A stretch of DNA of 64,000 nucleotides. Origin: Phoronis australis (taxonomy: Eukaryota > Animalia > Phoronida). Both the position numbers and the translations under genes were made by a program. The notes under the pieces are model-generated. The model was not told the DNA's origin and ran no database searches. It saw only the letters and a list, made by a program, of their open reading frames with translations. The stretch spans positions 173,258 through 237,257 of the forward strand of contig NMRA01000351.1 of NCBI GenBank assembly GCA_002633005.1, given 5' to 3'. Below are positions 28,201-40,900 of this stretch, one piece after another (position 1 is the first letter of the stretch; each line of letters opens with the position of its first letter).

Positions 28201-31200
28201 ACCAGTGGCTCAGAAGCCCGCGCCCAAAAATAGTACCTTCACGCTCTTGAAGAAATGACTAAACCAAGGCGTACAGGAGAGCATTTTTGAAAATGTTCCT
28301 GATGACGAACCAATCACTTGGTGTTCGCTGACATTCGTCCAAACCAAACCACGACACGCCATTGTCGACAAGATTAAATCGCAGATGATGAGAGCAAACC
28401 CAAGAAGTCGGCGTACCAAACGAGTACATGACACCTGGTGTTTTAGACTTCATACACCAATTTCCTGATTGTAAAATTCAGACAACACCTGACATAAAGC
28501 AGGGGGTACCCCCAACTAGTATTGAATGCAGAGTTGAGAAAGGTAGCTATACTGTTACATGAGACATAAAAGCCTTCCAAGAGCTCTTTGACGATGCTGT
28601 CTCTAGATCGTCGGTGACATTCCTAGATGTTTGATCCACAAGGATGACTTATTCACATCTAGAGAGAGCCGCTGAGTACAGAGTCACTTTCACCAAAGGC
28701 AAAGTTGAGTTTAGGGAGTCGGGTATAGAGTTCTACTGTTATCGCTACGCAAAAGATGGAGTGCAACATGCACCAGAGAAGATGAAGGCTGTCAAGGAGT
28801 GTCCACACCTGGAGTCCAAGACTGGTGACAAACGCTTCCAGGGAATGGCATTGTGTGTGTCGAAGTTCATTCCACGCTTTCTGTCCCTATCAACTCCATC
28901 AAGAGAAATTGTCAGAGTCACCGTTCAGTTCAGATGGACTGAAATCAAGAGGAAGACATCTTATGAACTGGAAGTGTCTATGACGAGTCATGCAACTGTG
29001 TAATTCTTTTTACATCGAGTCCCGTCGTTGTTATTACCGAACAACGTTTCAACGAAGACTTGACACCAGGGTGTTCCAGAAGCAAGCATGACACCGGAAA
29101 GAGATCAGTACATTTCATTAGTCGCACACGCAGTGGTACTGAGCGAAGATACACTGCATAGTCAATGTGAGAAAGACCCACTTGCAGTCAAATAGGCAAA
29201 TGACTGCTTCACAATGTATTTACTTGTAGCAACCCGATTCACCATCGTAACCGCTGACAAACTACTGATTTTCATGTTTGCGAATTCAGGTTCCAGATAA
29301 CCTCCATTGATAAAAAGTGGATCATGGATCTGCGAGATGTTGAAGAGATTTACTATATCAGCCAGACAAGGAGATGTTATTGACTTCTTGTCACGACACC
29401 CTTAGCAATCAACGGTTATAATTATGACACATGGAATACCATACTGAATATTGCTGAAACTGTACATGCTGCTGTGATCGACCGCATTCGCAAAGCTACT
29501 TAGCAAGATGAGCAGATGTCGGAACTTAGAAAGCATCATGGTAACTGACACGTAAAAATACAGGAATCTGACCACTTTATAGTGTCCGAAATGAGTTTTA
29601 TCCCGCAAATGACCTTATTATGAAGTACCGAAGACTGTACACCCAACAGGTCTCTAGCGTCGAATCTTCAAAAGGGTGCACACGATGGGGCATTTATTAG
29701 TTTCAAAAACGACGTAAACGTTAAGGAAACGAACAGGTGAACATTCTGGTAGATGCCAATGTGTCGAATGTCAAGTAAGCACAGCTTCACACAGACAAGA
29801 ACCTGTTAAGTTGTCAGAGATCTCCAGTCAATCCTTGTAAGGCATCGCCGTTAATTTCGGAGGATCATATTCTGACGGTCACTACAAATGTTGCAATCGA
29901 CAAACGTACTAGATACCCAGAAGCAGCAATTTGCCACATGCATATATTTTAGGTCAACCTTCATTAACTGAAATATATGTTTGCTACCAATGGAAATCCT
30001 TGAACATTATCGTCTGACAATGAATCCTCATTTACGTCTGAAGTGGTCGCACATTTCGTTGTGGTTGCACATTTCGTGGCGAAAGACTGGTTTTGCCACC
30101 ACAAGGTCACAACATGTCATGCAAATGGTGAGGTGGAAAGATTTGTGGCAGCGTTAATCACGACCGACCGAATTTTTTAGATTCAAGACAAAAAACTGCA
30201 ATGAAAGGGATTTGTCCATCCAAGAAATGTTGATTGCTTACGAATTGACACCTCAGGCATGTACACATGTCGCACCACATACATGTAAGTCTCTTATGAA
30301 CAGAGGTGTGCAAACGAAACTTGACGACGCCGTTGCTACTAAGAACTGCAGAGAGTTAGAAGACAGTATCGACCGGCATGAGACTACAAAGGGAAGTGCA
30401 ACAAAGCAGGGATTCTCGCAACTTTAAGAACCAGTTTTATTGTTGAATGCCGCGTCTTTGTGTAGCGAAACAAATGAACGACAGCTTACTTATCATCTTT
30501 CTACAAAATTTACAGAATCGATAGATCGAGTATCAAGCCTTGGCGTGTTACCGATGGCAAAGACATCTAAGGCAAGTAACTTCAAACTGACGAATAGACA
30601 GATCGAAGCGACATCCAGTTATCGACCACCGACAGAAAATTGCGATTCTTTTTGGAGAGAAAAGCTGTTGTTTTAAGCTCCTGAGGGATCTCCACAGACA
30701 GACGCATCGACTGCAGCGTTGACAAAAGCGAAATACACAAACCGTGCTCTGAAGCGTTTACCAATCCATCGCTATTTAAAAGACCCAGGCAACAAACTAA
30801 TAGAACGGCAAATTTTAAGGTCTACGTTGTTAAGTTAAACTGCAACGTTCATATTGTTAGAGGGTGTAGGCACATCGCTGACCTGATCACAAGAATTGTG
30901 GCGGTATTCACGTTTGCGTTGAGTTCGTAGAGTCTGCATTTAGACAACTTGTCGATTTTTAGAGTTTCACAGGCATTAAATATAATAAAGACTTTCTGAA
31001 GACATTTTGATGTGATGCATTGATTTGTAGTTTATATTAAACGAGACATTGGCAGTTTAAGAACTTCGATCATTGGTAACGAAGTTAACCTATTACCATA
31101 AATAACATTGTACTCTCCATCTAAATACCAAGACGGACACGCTTGGCATTAACACAACGTATGATGCTTGAATACCACAGGTAGTAACAACCTTCGGTGT

Positions 31201-31921
31201 CTGTGCACTGCAGGCAGTAACAACGTAGAGTGTTTGCACACTGCAGGCAGTAACAACCTATGGTGTCGGTGCACGACATGCAGTAACAACGCACGGTGTT
31301 TGTGCACGATGGAAGTAATAACGTCCGCATGTAATATCAAAGTGTCAATAACTGGGACTAAAGAAACTCACATTCATTCTAGCACGACTTCCTTTCACAA
31401 CATGCGTGAGGCGGGTGTTAGCGGTGAAAGCTCAAACTGATGCAGATAAACTATGAAATTTTGCAATCCTGCTCTGACCACGGTACAAGTATAAAGTCAA
31501 AACAGATCAGTACAATTCTCCAAACCAGCTTGGTTGTTAATGTTTGATAATAGCTTATTGTAACCGATAGACTGAGAGTTTCAATACCATTTTAGGTAAG
31601 AGGGGCTTGTGGAAACTTCGACAACAACCCATCGAATGACCTGACCAACGTCAATGGTGATCTGGTGACGGACGTCCAGCAGTTCGTTGGGGAATGGCAG
31701 ACTGGAGCCAACTGCCCGGAAGTGTCAATTGAAGAAACATGTAATTCGGAGAACAAAGCGGAAGCTCAAATGGATTGCATGAAACTGATGCAAGGTACCT
31801 CTTAAACTGGACGGAATTCCTCCGCAAATGAAGCAACAGTAACAGTAGCAGTAGCAGTAACAGTTGCAGTATCAGAGGGTAGTAGCTAGTACTTAGCAGT
31901 AGCAGTAGCAGGAGTAGTAGC

Positions 31922-31986
<65 letters not shown>

Positions 31987-34900
31987 TAGTAATGACAGAA
32001 AAAGTAGTAGTAGTATTAGTAGTATTAGTAATAGGAACAGCTGTCACAGTAGTAGTAGCAGCAGTAATAGTAGCAGTAGTAGTATCAGTAGTAGTAGTAT
32101 CAGTAGTAGTAGTATCAGTAGTAGTATTGTCAGTAGTAGTATCAGTAGTAGTAGTATCAGTAGTAGTTGTATCAGTAGTAGTATTGTCAGTAGTAGTATC
32201 AGTAGTAGTAGTAGTAGTAGCATCAGTAGTAGTAGTATCAGTAGTGGTACTAGCAGTAGTAATAATAGTATCAGTAGTATCAGTAGTATCAGTAGTAGTG
32301 GTATTAGCAGTAGTAGCTGCAGCAGTAGTAGTAACATTGGTATTAGTAGCAGTAGTAACATTAGGAGTAGTAGTAGTAATAGTTGTAGTAGTACTGGTGA
32401 CAGTAGCATGCATTTAAGAGAATGCATAGACTGAGGACACAAGCTAACATTTTTAAAACGTTTGCATGAGCCTGGCCCTCGAACATCCAAGCCTGCAAGT
32501 AGAGTTATGCTAAAGTTGGCCAGGAAGTTTCAAAGATGTAAACACTTCAGTCACATATTACCATGTAAATTATCCGTTCTCCTTCAAGAGTATCATCTAT
32601 GAACAGATTTGACAATGCTCCACAATGATTAGATCACCAGTCACGCCACGAAACTATAATTTTGGTCTTCAAACTTATTGAACTATTTTTTCCATACTAC
32701 CATGGTTGGCTGAATAATGTGGAGCCTTTACTTTCACTTGATGCAATATGAAAATTTCGGTGTTTTACCCATGGCTTTATTGTGCTCTGATGACTATTGT
32801 GTCTTCTATCCGTTTAGAACCGTTTTCGAATTGTCATACCGTGGTCGATGTCAAGCCGTACGTAGAGCTGTGCATGCACCAAGTATGCCAATGTTTCAGA
32901 AGACAGACATCTGACTGCTTCTGCAATGCTCTTGCGGCCTATTCACGACAGTGTAATCTGGCTGGCGTGTTAGTTGAGTGGCGAACCCAGGACCTCTGTC
33001 GTAAGTATATATCTTCGTTTCGTGCACTTTTTGGCAACTACCCAAAGCCGCCACAAAGGTGGGAGTTTGTGCCATCACCAAAACCAACGTCCGTTAAAAT
33101 CATGGGAAGTATACAGTAGGAGTATGCGCTACTGCTACCAGTCGAGTTGCATGAAGAGTAGACTTCTTTCAATATGTGTTACTCGATCTCTCTGCACTGT
33201 TTTGGGTGTAGATCAGAATCATAATCATAGAATACATGGTTTGACTTGAGATCGGGACTGATTCACAACCAGTAACAATTGTGGGACGTGCAAAGACGTA
33301 ACCATAAACAAGTGTGCCATGTGCATCGACTTGCCAACAAACACAATATAGTGGTCCTTAAAGCCGCATTACGCCCTTTAACACTCGACGCGTTTTTCAT
33401 TTACTGTTTCGTGTGATAGGTGTGCTTCCAATGACAATGGAATATAATAGGAATAAATTGGTCGTTCCGCCGTGCGTCACATCGCTTTTGCTTACGTCGA
33501 TTGCTGTACGAAAGCATGTTTTAGCGCAATCGTACTTTTCTTTTTAGCCGTCATGTGTCAGTATCCTGATATGGAATGGGTCGAATGTGGCTCTAATTGT
33601 GGTACAACGTGCGCCAGTGACCATCCAGAAAATTGCCAGGAAGAGTGTGTAGAAGGCTGCAGATGTAAAGAGGTAAACATACGGCAAACACATGCAATAG
33701 CGCAGTTGTGCCTAACTACTTGTATTTAAACGTATAGAATTATTTAGATTGTAGTTCTTATTCACGCAGATTCGTGTGTGTTATAGAAGAATCTAGAGGG
33801 GCCAGACACAGACTCCATCTGGACACTGCCAAGCGAAAAAAGCCGTCGACATCACATTTAGAGCTAACGAGGACATTTTGTATTTGAAAACTGTGGTCAC
33901 CCCTCCACTTAAACTGACCTATTTCCTGCCAGTATTGTAATTGTTGAATTGACATGGTATTGAGTGACGTGATAGGTTTTCATATGAATGCATGGGTGCA
34001 CCCAAGGGGGGTGCTCGGCGGGGGACTCGAACGAGCCCCCCAATTTGGCGAATTGGGCAGTGAAAAAAGTTCGAGTAAACAACACAGGAGTCCACAAAGA
34101 ACACAGGAAATCGGCGAAGATGCACAATTCGTAGGCCTGAATCTAGTGGCTCCATCTTTTTCTTAGTCCTCGTTCATTTTGTTCAGTGAAAGGTCCCAAT
34201 ACCGAGAAATTTGAGCTCCCCTATATTTTAAGCTGGGTGCGCGCATGTAATGGCAATACTTATTAATCACCATATTCTTGTGGTGATGCTGGTGGCCGTT
34301 TTGGGGGCATTAGTAATGTTTGCCACTCATTTGAATAGATTTGCCGACGTTTCTATAGACGGAATTCCCCACAGTTTGTAAGGCACACACTCGATACACC
34401 ACTGTCACACTCTCAGTCTTACTGGCGAATGCTTTCTACCGAAATGTGAATCTGGGAAATAGTATACATATTCACGTCGCATTTATCTTTCACTTGTAGG
34501 GTTATCTGTTTGAGCCTGAAAATAAAGTTTGTGTACCAGCTGAAAATTGCACATGCATGTGGAGAGAAGTCGAGTACCAGGTCAACGAAATTCGAAAGGA
34601 TCGCTGCAATGACTGGTAAGCGCCTGCGCATCTATTGATATACTTGTGTGTATATGGTGTGCGTTTTTATATACAGTATCCATGTTTATGTGCGCGTGTA
34701 TGTATGTGTGAAATTTGTTGAATACACGAAACTTGTCATTAACATTCTTTATTCCGTTACGTTCTTGTGTACATGTATTTATGTATGCATGTTTGTATGT
34801 ATGTACGTATGTATGTATGTTCGTATGTACGTACGTACGTGCGGATGGATAAATGTATGTGTATCAGATTTTGATTACACCAAGATTTATTATCTTACAC

Positions 34901-37900
34901 TTTTGTTTGTATTGGTACATGGTCAATTTAAAACAATGTGAAAACTGGATTCGTCCTATGCCTAGTCAAATAATTAAAGATGAAATTCATTTCATGTTAC
35001 GAAAACATATTCGCTGACAAATAGGTTATGCGTCTTTGGAGACGAAAAATATTTTTGAGAAACAGCTGAAATAATAGAAAACGGCATTTTAACTGCATGT
35101 ACAATTGACAGTACACATTGATTGCTTCGTATTACATGTAGCCAGTGTACCTACCAAATGTTGACGTCACTAGTTGTTTGATATGATTCGTTAACGTTTT
35201 TAGTTGTTAGGAGCTTAACGCTGTGTAAATGTTCTTATTCTGGTTAAAATGGTATGTGAGGCCATAGATGGACTAGGTGCGTCTAAACCGGAAACTGTAG
35301 TAAGAGATTGGTTCATTCATTCATTCATATATTGCAGTGATAGAACTCTTAACGTTAATCCTAAAATAAAGCCTATTGTAACATTGAAGCGGACAAAATA
35401 ATAACCGGGACCATCAATTGTTTCTTGAAACTACACTCGCGAAAATTACCAAGTGCAATACACAGTTCCAATAATCTTTCAAATTTTGCGTAAAATGATT
35501 GTTAATAGTCAACTTTTGAGTAACAGTTTGATGGTCAGAGAACCGGGTATATGCTCTTTTTATTTTCAGTGTGTGTAACAAAGGAAGGTGGACGTGCACA
35601 GAAAAGGATTGCACAGGTATTTAGCACGGACTTTGTATTACGATTATAAATGCGTCATAAGTGAGTTATATCCGTAGCTAAGATGCCGTGCCTCCCAAAT
35701 TTGACTAAAAATCACGATCGTATCGAGTCGTCAGTCCATTCGAAACCGAAGCCGAGGGACGATCGACTGAAACATCAAGTGAAATTTTCCATGCCAAAAA
35801 CAAACCCGCAAATTCCAAGCACCTCTTATGTTTTGGCCGATCGCTATCTGGCCCTCGGGCGAACACAACAGTACACAGGCATCACCGGCGTTTATATTAT
35901 GAGCAAATTCTATTTATAACTACTGGTTAATCATTGATTCAGTTATTATTAATGACGTCACACTGAGTTGTAACAGTCTTTGTTTTCTATTACCGTCTGA
36001 CACAGCGCCCCTATACTAAAAATTGGCCCTGTGGAAACATGATGAAAGACAAACGGAATTCCGTGTGTGGGCGTCATTGCTAATGCCTTAGTCAGGAGTA
36101 TACCGATCACATCGCCACCACTTGGATGCCCCGTTATGCACTCATTTGTCTAGGCTTAAGCCACTGGACCGGGATTAACTTAATTTAGTTTACTTCGATC
36201 ACTGCCCGTTTTAATAAATTGCACCTAACCAAGTCTGGTCGCTTTACTACTAACAGTAAACTGAAAGGGGTTCTCCAGCTTTCAAGCAATGGGAATGACT
36301 GAAAATTACTACGTCGGTCTCATAATTTAACCAATGAGAATCCATGTTAAACAACATTCGCCAGTACTACATTTCGTAGCTATGCGAAAAATATATGTTT
36401 TCTATTTAGCAAGGGTCAGGGTAGAGTTCAATAATGATAGAACCTTGCTAGAAAAAGACTTCGCGATAATTACACGAGGTATTGCTCTGTATTTTCAATG
36501 AGAGCACGTGATTTTGGCTAGATTTTGTTGCCGCGAGACAGCTACTAAACTCTTCCCAGGATATCAATTTTGATTTCACTCATATGACGTCTCAGCATTT
36601 GATGAGTATTATGCATGGCGCGTGTTGATTTCACCGGAAATCACTAAAAGAAGTACGACAGCAGGCCCTAACCGCCTAGGTGTTCTGAAAGTTTTAAATT
36701 AGTGAATATACGTGACTTATACTTTTGTAGTAATCCCGTGGAAGTGTCCCGGGAGATTCAAATAGAGGTCGAAAGATGTTATCAAACCCTTTGGTGATTG
36801 TGGCAAATCCATCAGGTCAAGCAGCCCTCTTTGAGTGGTCGGCAACAACCCTATTGTTCTTTTTGTAGGTCACGCTTCAGGTAGTTTTGCGCGCTCTGAT
36901 TCAATGCCAGCCCCTGAAAAACTGCGAACCCTTGCAAAACTACAACTGCCACCCATTGATTATTAAAAAACAATTTTGGTTTGTGTTCCAGTAGAGAATA
37001 TGTTTGCAGGACTATACTGTTTATGTTTGTCTCAAGATGTAGCAAACACAAACATTTAATAGTCTATATGTCAACTCCCCAGGCGTCAAGTACTGCCCCG
37101 ACCACGAGACCTGGAGCGACTGTACCGAATGTGAAAAAACATGTAACAGCATGCACTTACCGTGTCCAAATGACTGTCATCGCTCGGGATGCGTCTGTAG
37201 CGACGGCTACGTGCGAGAAAGCGGTATATGCATAAAGAAGAACGCATGCCCATGTACTTACGCGGGTAAAAGTTACTCAAACGGTGAAAAAATCACCCCT
37301 GGATGCAATAAATGGTATGTTTGGCCACATGCACATGAAAATTATACTTTAAGCCGTTGTAGGCTTTCATTCTGACAATGTACGCAGTGTACATGTATTT
37401 CGCTGTTGTGTTTCACCCCACACTTGAACAGTTGGCCATAAGTTTTGTTAAGAAGGGAATTTGTTCGAAAATAAGCCTCTGTTGTCCTATTATATAAATA
37501 GACTGAATGAACAACATATTTATTTAGTTGTTTGCAAAGTTTTGATGTCGACACTGAATGAACAAACATATTTATTTAGTTGTTTGCAAAGATTTGATGT
37601 CGACACTCGTTAACACTTGAAATGCATTTGTCGAGTTTTTCATGTTAATGCGACGATACCTCTGTTGTGCCGTAAGAGACTTAGTTATGAGTGGTATTAA
37701 ATTCTAAGAACAGTGATGTGACAATGCCTCGCCATCTTTCAGTATCTGTGATAATGGCGGTTGGGTCTGTACTCAAAGACATTGTTCAGCCACGTGCCAC
37801 GCCGTAGGTGACCCCCATTACGTCACCTTTGACCGTAAATCATATGAGTTTCAAGGTTCCTGTGGATACATACTGGCGGAGGACTTTTGTGGACGGCCGG

Positions 37901-40900
37901 ATGGCACGTTTCGAGTTGTTGTCGAGAACGTGCCTTGTGGAACTACTGGTGTTTCTTGTACCAAGTCCGTTAAGATCTTCATTCTCGACACTGCTATACA
38001 TTTGCTGCGCGGAACTGAGCCGATTGAAGGACGAAATCCACTAGCGGGTCCCGATACGCTGCACCCGACCTACAAGATCATAAAAAATGGCATGTTTTAC
38101 ACAATTGTAACCGATATGGGTAAGTGCTGTTTTGTTTTTCCCCATTTTTTACTTATTTTGCACTTTTTTCGATATCGTGGGTAAAGTTAAACTATCAACT
38201 GTATCTCTAAGTCGATCTCCATTTTTTTGCAAAAATACATTTTACTGTGGAATGGTGCTTTATTAAAGTATTTGCGAAAAGCATACATCTTTGACAGTGT
38301 ATGCAACATTTTGCTATAATCAAAATTAGATTTGTCGATGAATACATATCGTTGATTCCAAAAGTACCACTTTTAGAAACATCTTCCCACAAAGTTTTAG
38401 TTAATTCACAATATAGAAATAAGCGCGCTTAAAGTTTCTGGGGTTTCTTTACAAAATGTAAAAACGCAGGCTTTTTCACTGACTAATCGAAATCTTATTT
38501 TTAGTTAACCGTCAGTTTAGTTTTGCAAAGTTTTAACTAAATGCACATAATCCTAGATACAGCACACCTTAAAATCAATTTCAGGTATCACCATAAACTG
38601 GGACATGGGAATGAGGATTTACATAACTCTTGAACCAGTTTATCGAGGCAAAGTCTGCGGTTTGTGCGGTAACTTTGACGAAAATGCCAACAACGACTTC
38701 AGAGCTCGTTCCGGTCAACTGGAGGCGGGAGCCTATGCCTTTGCTCAGTCTTGGAGGACACGCGAGTCGTGTCCTGTCCCTTTGCCTGTTAACCCCTGCG
38801 ATGTCAATCCCAGGCGTAAACCGTGGGCTATACGCTCTTGCAAAGTGCTGAAAATGTCCCCGTCATTCGCAGCTTGCCGGCTTGAGGTATTTCCCTTCTT
38901 TAGTAAAAAGATATGCACTCCAGTATCAAGGCACGTTTCGTGTAGATTTGTTGAATTAAGTGACACAGTGCTCGTTGACAGCGAACACGTGTACAACTTT
39001 TGTGTTTTACACAAAATATTTCAATGTTTCAGCAATGATTACATGTTTTTTGTTTTAGTGAACACAAACGTATCTTCATGGTTGCACAAAATTTAGCCGA
39101 AAATATCCACATAACAGCGCACAAACCACGAACAAAATGTCTACATGATAACTTTGGTGTTTCCCACTTCATAGATCGATGTAGAACCGTACTATCAAGC
39201 CTGCATCTTTGATTCTTGCGGATGCGACACCGGCGGTGACTGTGAGTGTCTGTGTACCGCCATTGCTGCTTACGTCACCGAATGTAATAGGGTGGGTGTG
39301 GAAGTGGACTGGAGAAGCAACCAACTATGTCGTGAGTACCTGGTACACTGCTAGCTCTCTTCTGTAGCGAGGGCATATAATGTGAAAGTATCTAAAATAA
39401 CTGTAATTAACGGACTTTATGATGTCGCGGAGACTAAAAATGTAGCCGGTGGCACCGTGCTGCTGCGTTGTCTAACATGTGATTGGCCGTTAGTGTTGAC
39501 TCGAGTTCACTGGCCCAGTGCAGAAAGAGAAAATGGGAAGTTAATTTGACTGTTAATATGATTTGAATATTTATTTCGGAAGAGACGCAATGCAAAATAC
39601 TGTGATGCAAATTTACGTACTGAGGGGTGAACGAAGGTTGATAAGGTTATAACCAAACGCCATCCATCGTTTAATTTGGAGCAAGATGGTGTTTTAGACA
39701 GCAAACAATTCGTCAATTCTGCTAGTGCAAATGCTCTTATAGTCACCAAAAATAGGCATGGAGATGGAACAAAACAGTCTACTTATTTAGTGGCTCGCAG
39801 TCATAACCCTCATTAATTTATTATGCAAGGCACACCCGCCGCAGCGGTACCGGAACCTCGGGTATTTTCGTAGACTAAAATCTCTCAGATGTGAACTTTA
39901 TCTGCGAGAGTGCGAATTTCCCTTATTCGGCCAATCGTTTTCCAACTTGAAAGTCACATGACTAGTGTTATGACTGAAATCCGTGCATGCCCATATAACG
40001 TTCACCTCCGAAGATGAAATTTAAAGATACGAAAATATCCGAGATGTTACGAATGAGATACTCCATGTTATCAATGAAAATTTCCCGTTTCGTTTTTGGA
40101 CTAGCTTCATAATATTTTGTTTGTACCGTAGTAGGTTGTCACCAGTAAGTGAACTTTTGTCTTATAGCCATCATGTGTGACAAAGGTCAGACATATCAAA
40201 CATGTGGCAACTCGTGTCCGCAAACGTGTCGAGATCACTCCAGCGACAGTCCATTGCTATCCTCCTGCAGCGGCCAGTGTGGCGAAGGATGTCACTGTCC
40301 ACAAGGCCAATACATGCAGTCAGGTGAGATTTAAATGGATAGTGAAGATGATAGTTAGAATGAGATTAAACCCGTGTTTTCTACTAAAATCACGATTTGT
40401 TGTGATTTAGGTCACTTAAAACTTCAGAAGTGGATTTTTGTTGTTTACTTGGACCTCGGATATCGAGAAGTGGCAGCTTGTTATTTATTCAGACCTCAAA
40501 ATTGATCTTAAGTCATAATGATCCATGAGTAATTACAAGACCACATATCACTTCTGAACACTTTCAGACCAAAGTGGCCTAAATCAAAGCTCTTCGACGG
40601 AAAGATGGTTTGTAACTGCTTTAAGCTGGTTTTAATGTTCATTAAAAATGTTGATACCAGTAAAACGCGGACAGGGTTGATATACACGTTCATGTACACA
40701 AGTGCTAAAATGTAGCCACTCGACCCCCACACCCCCTCGTCCCACGACCCCCCACCCGATGTTTGCGCTTTTCATACATTTCATAATCTTACGTCGCTGA
40801 GTGACTTTCCCATAACTTACCTACACGAATCTGCGCTGACTCAAGTCTGCTGGTTAAAAACAGAAAGTGGCGTTAGATCGTTATCTGAAACAGCGGACTG

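Noticed and set aside
30865-31048. Possible 3' LTR of the decayed Gypsy element
   Set aside because: TG..CA ends and a short purine run exist, but I found no matching 5' copy or TSD
31980-32490. Poly-Val and poly-Leu 'membrane protein' ORFs
   Set aside because: Other frames of the (AGT)n repeat
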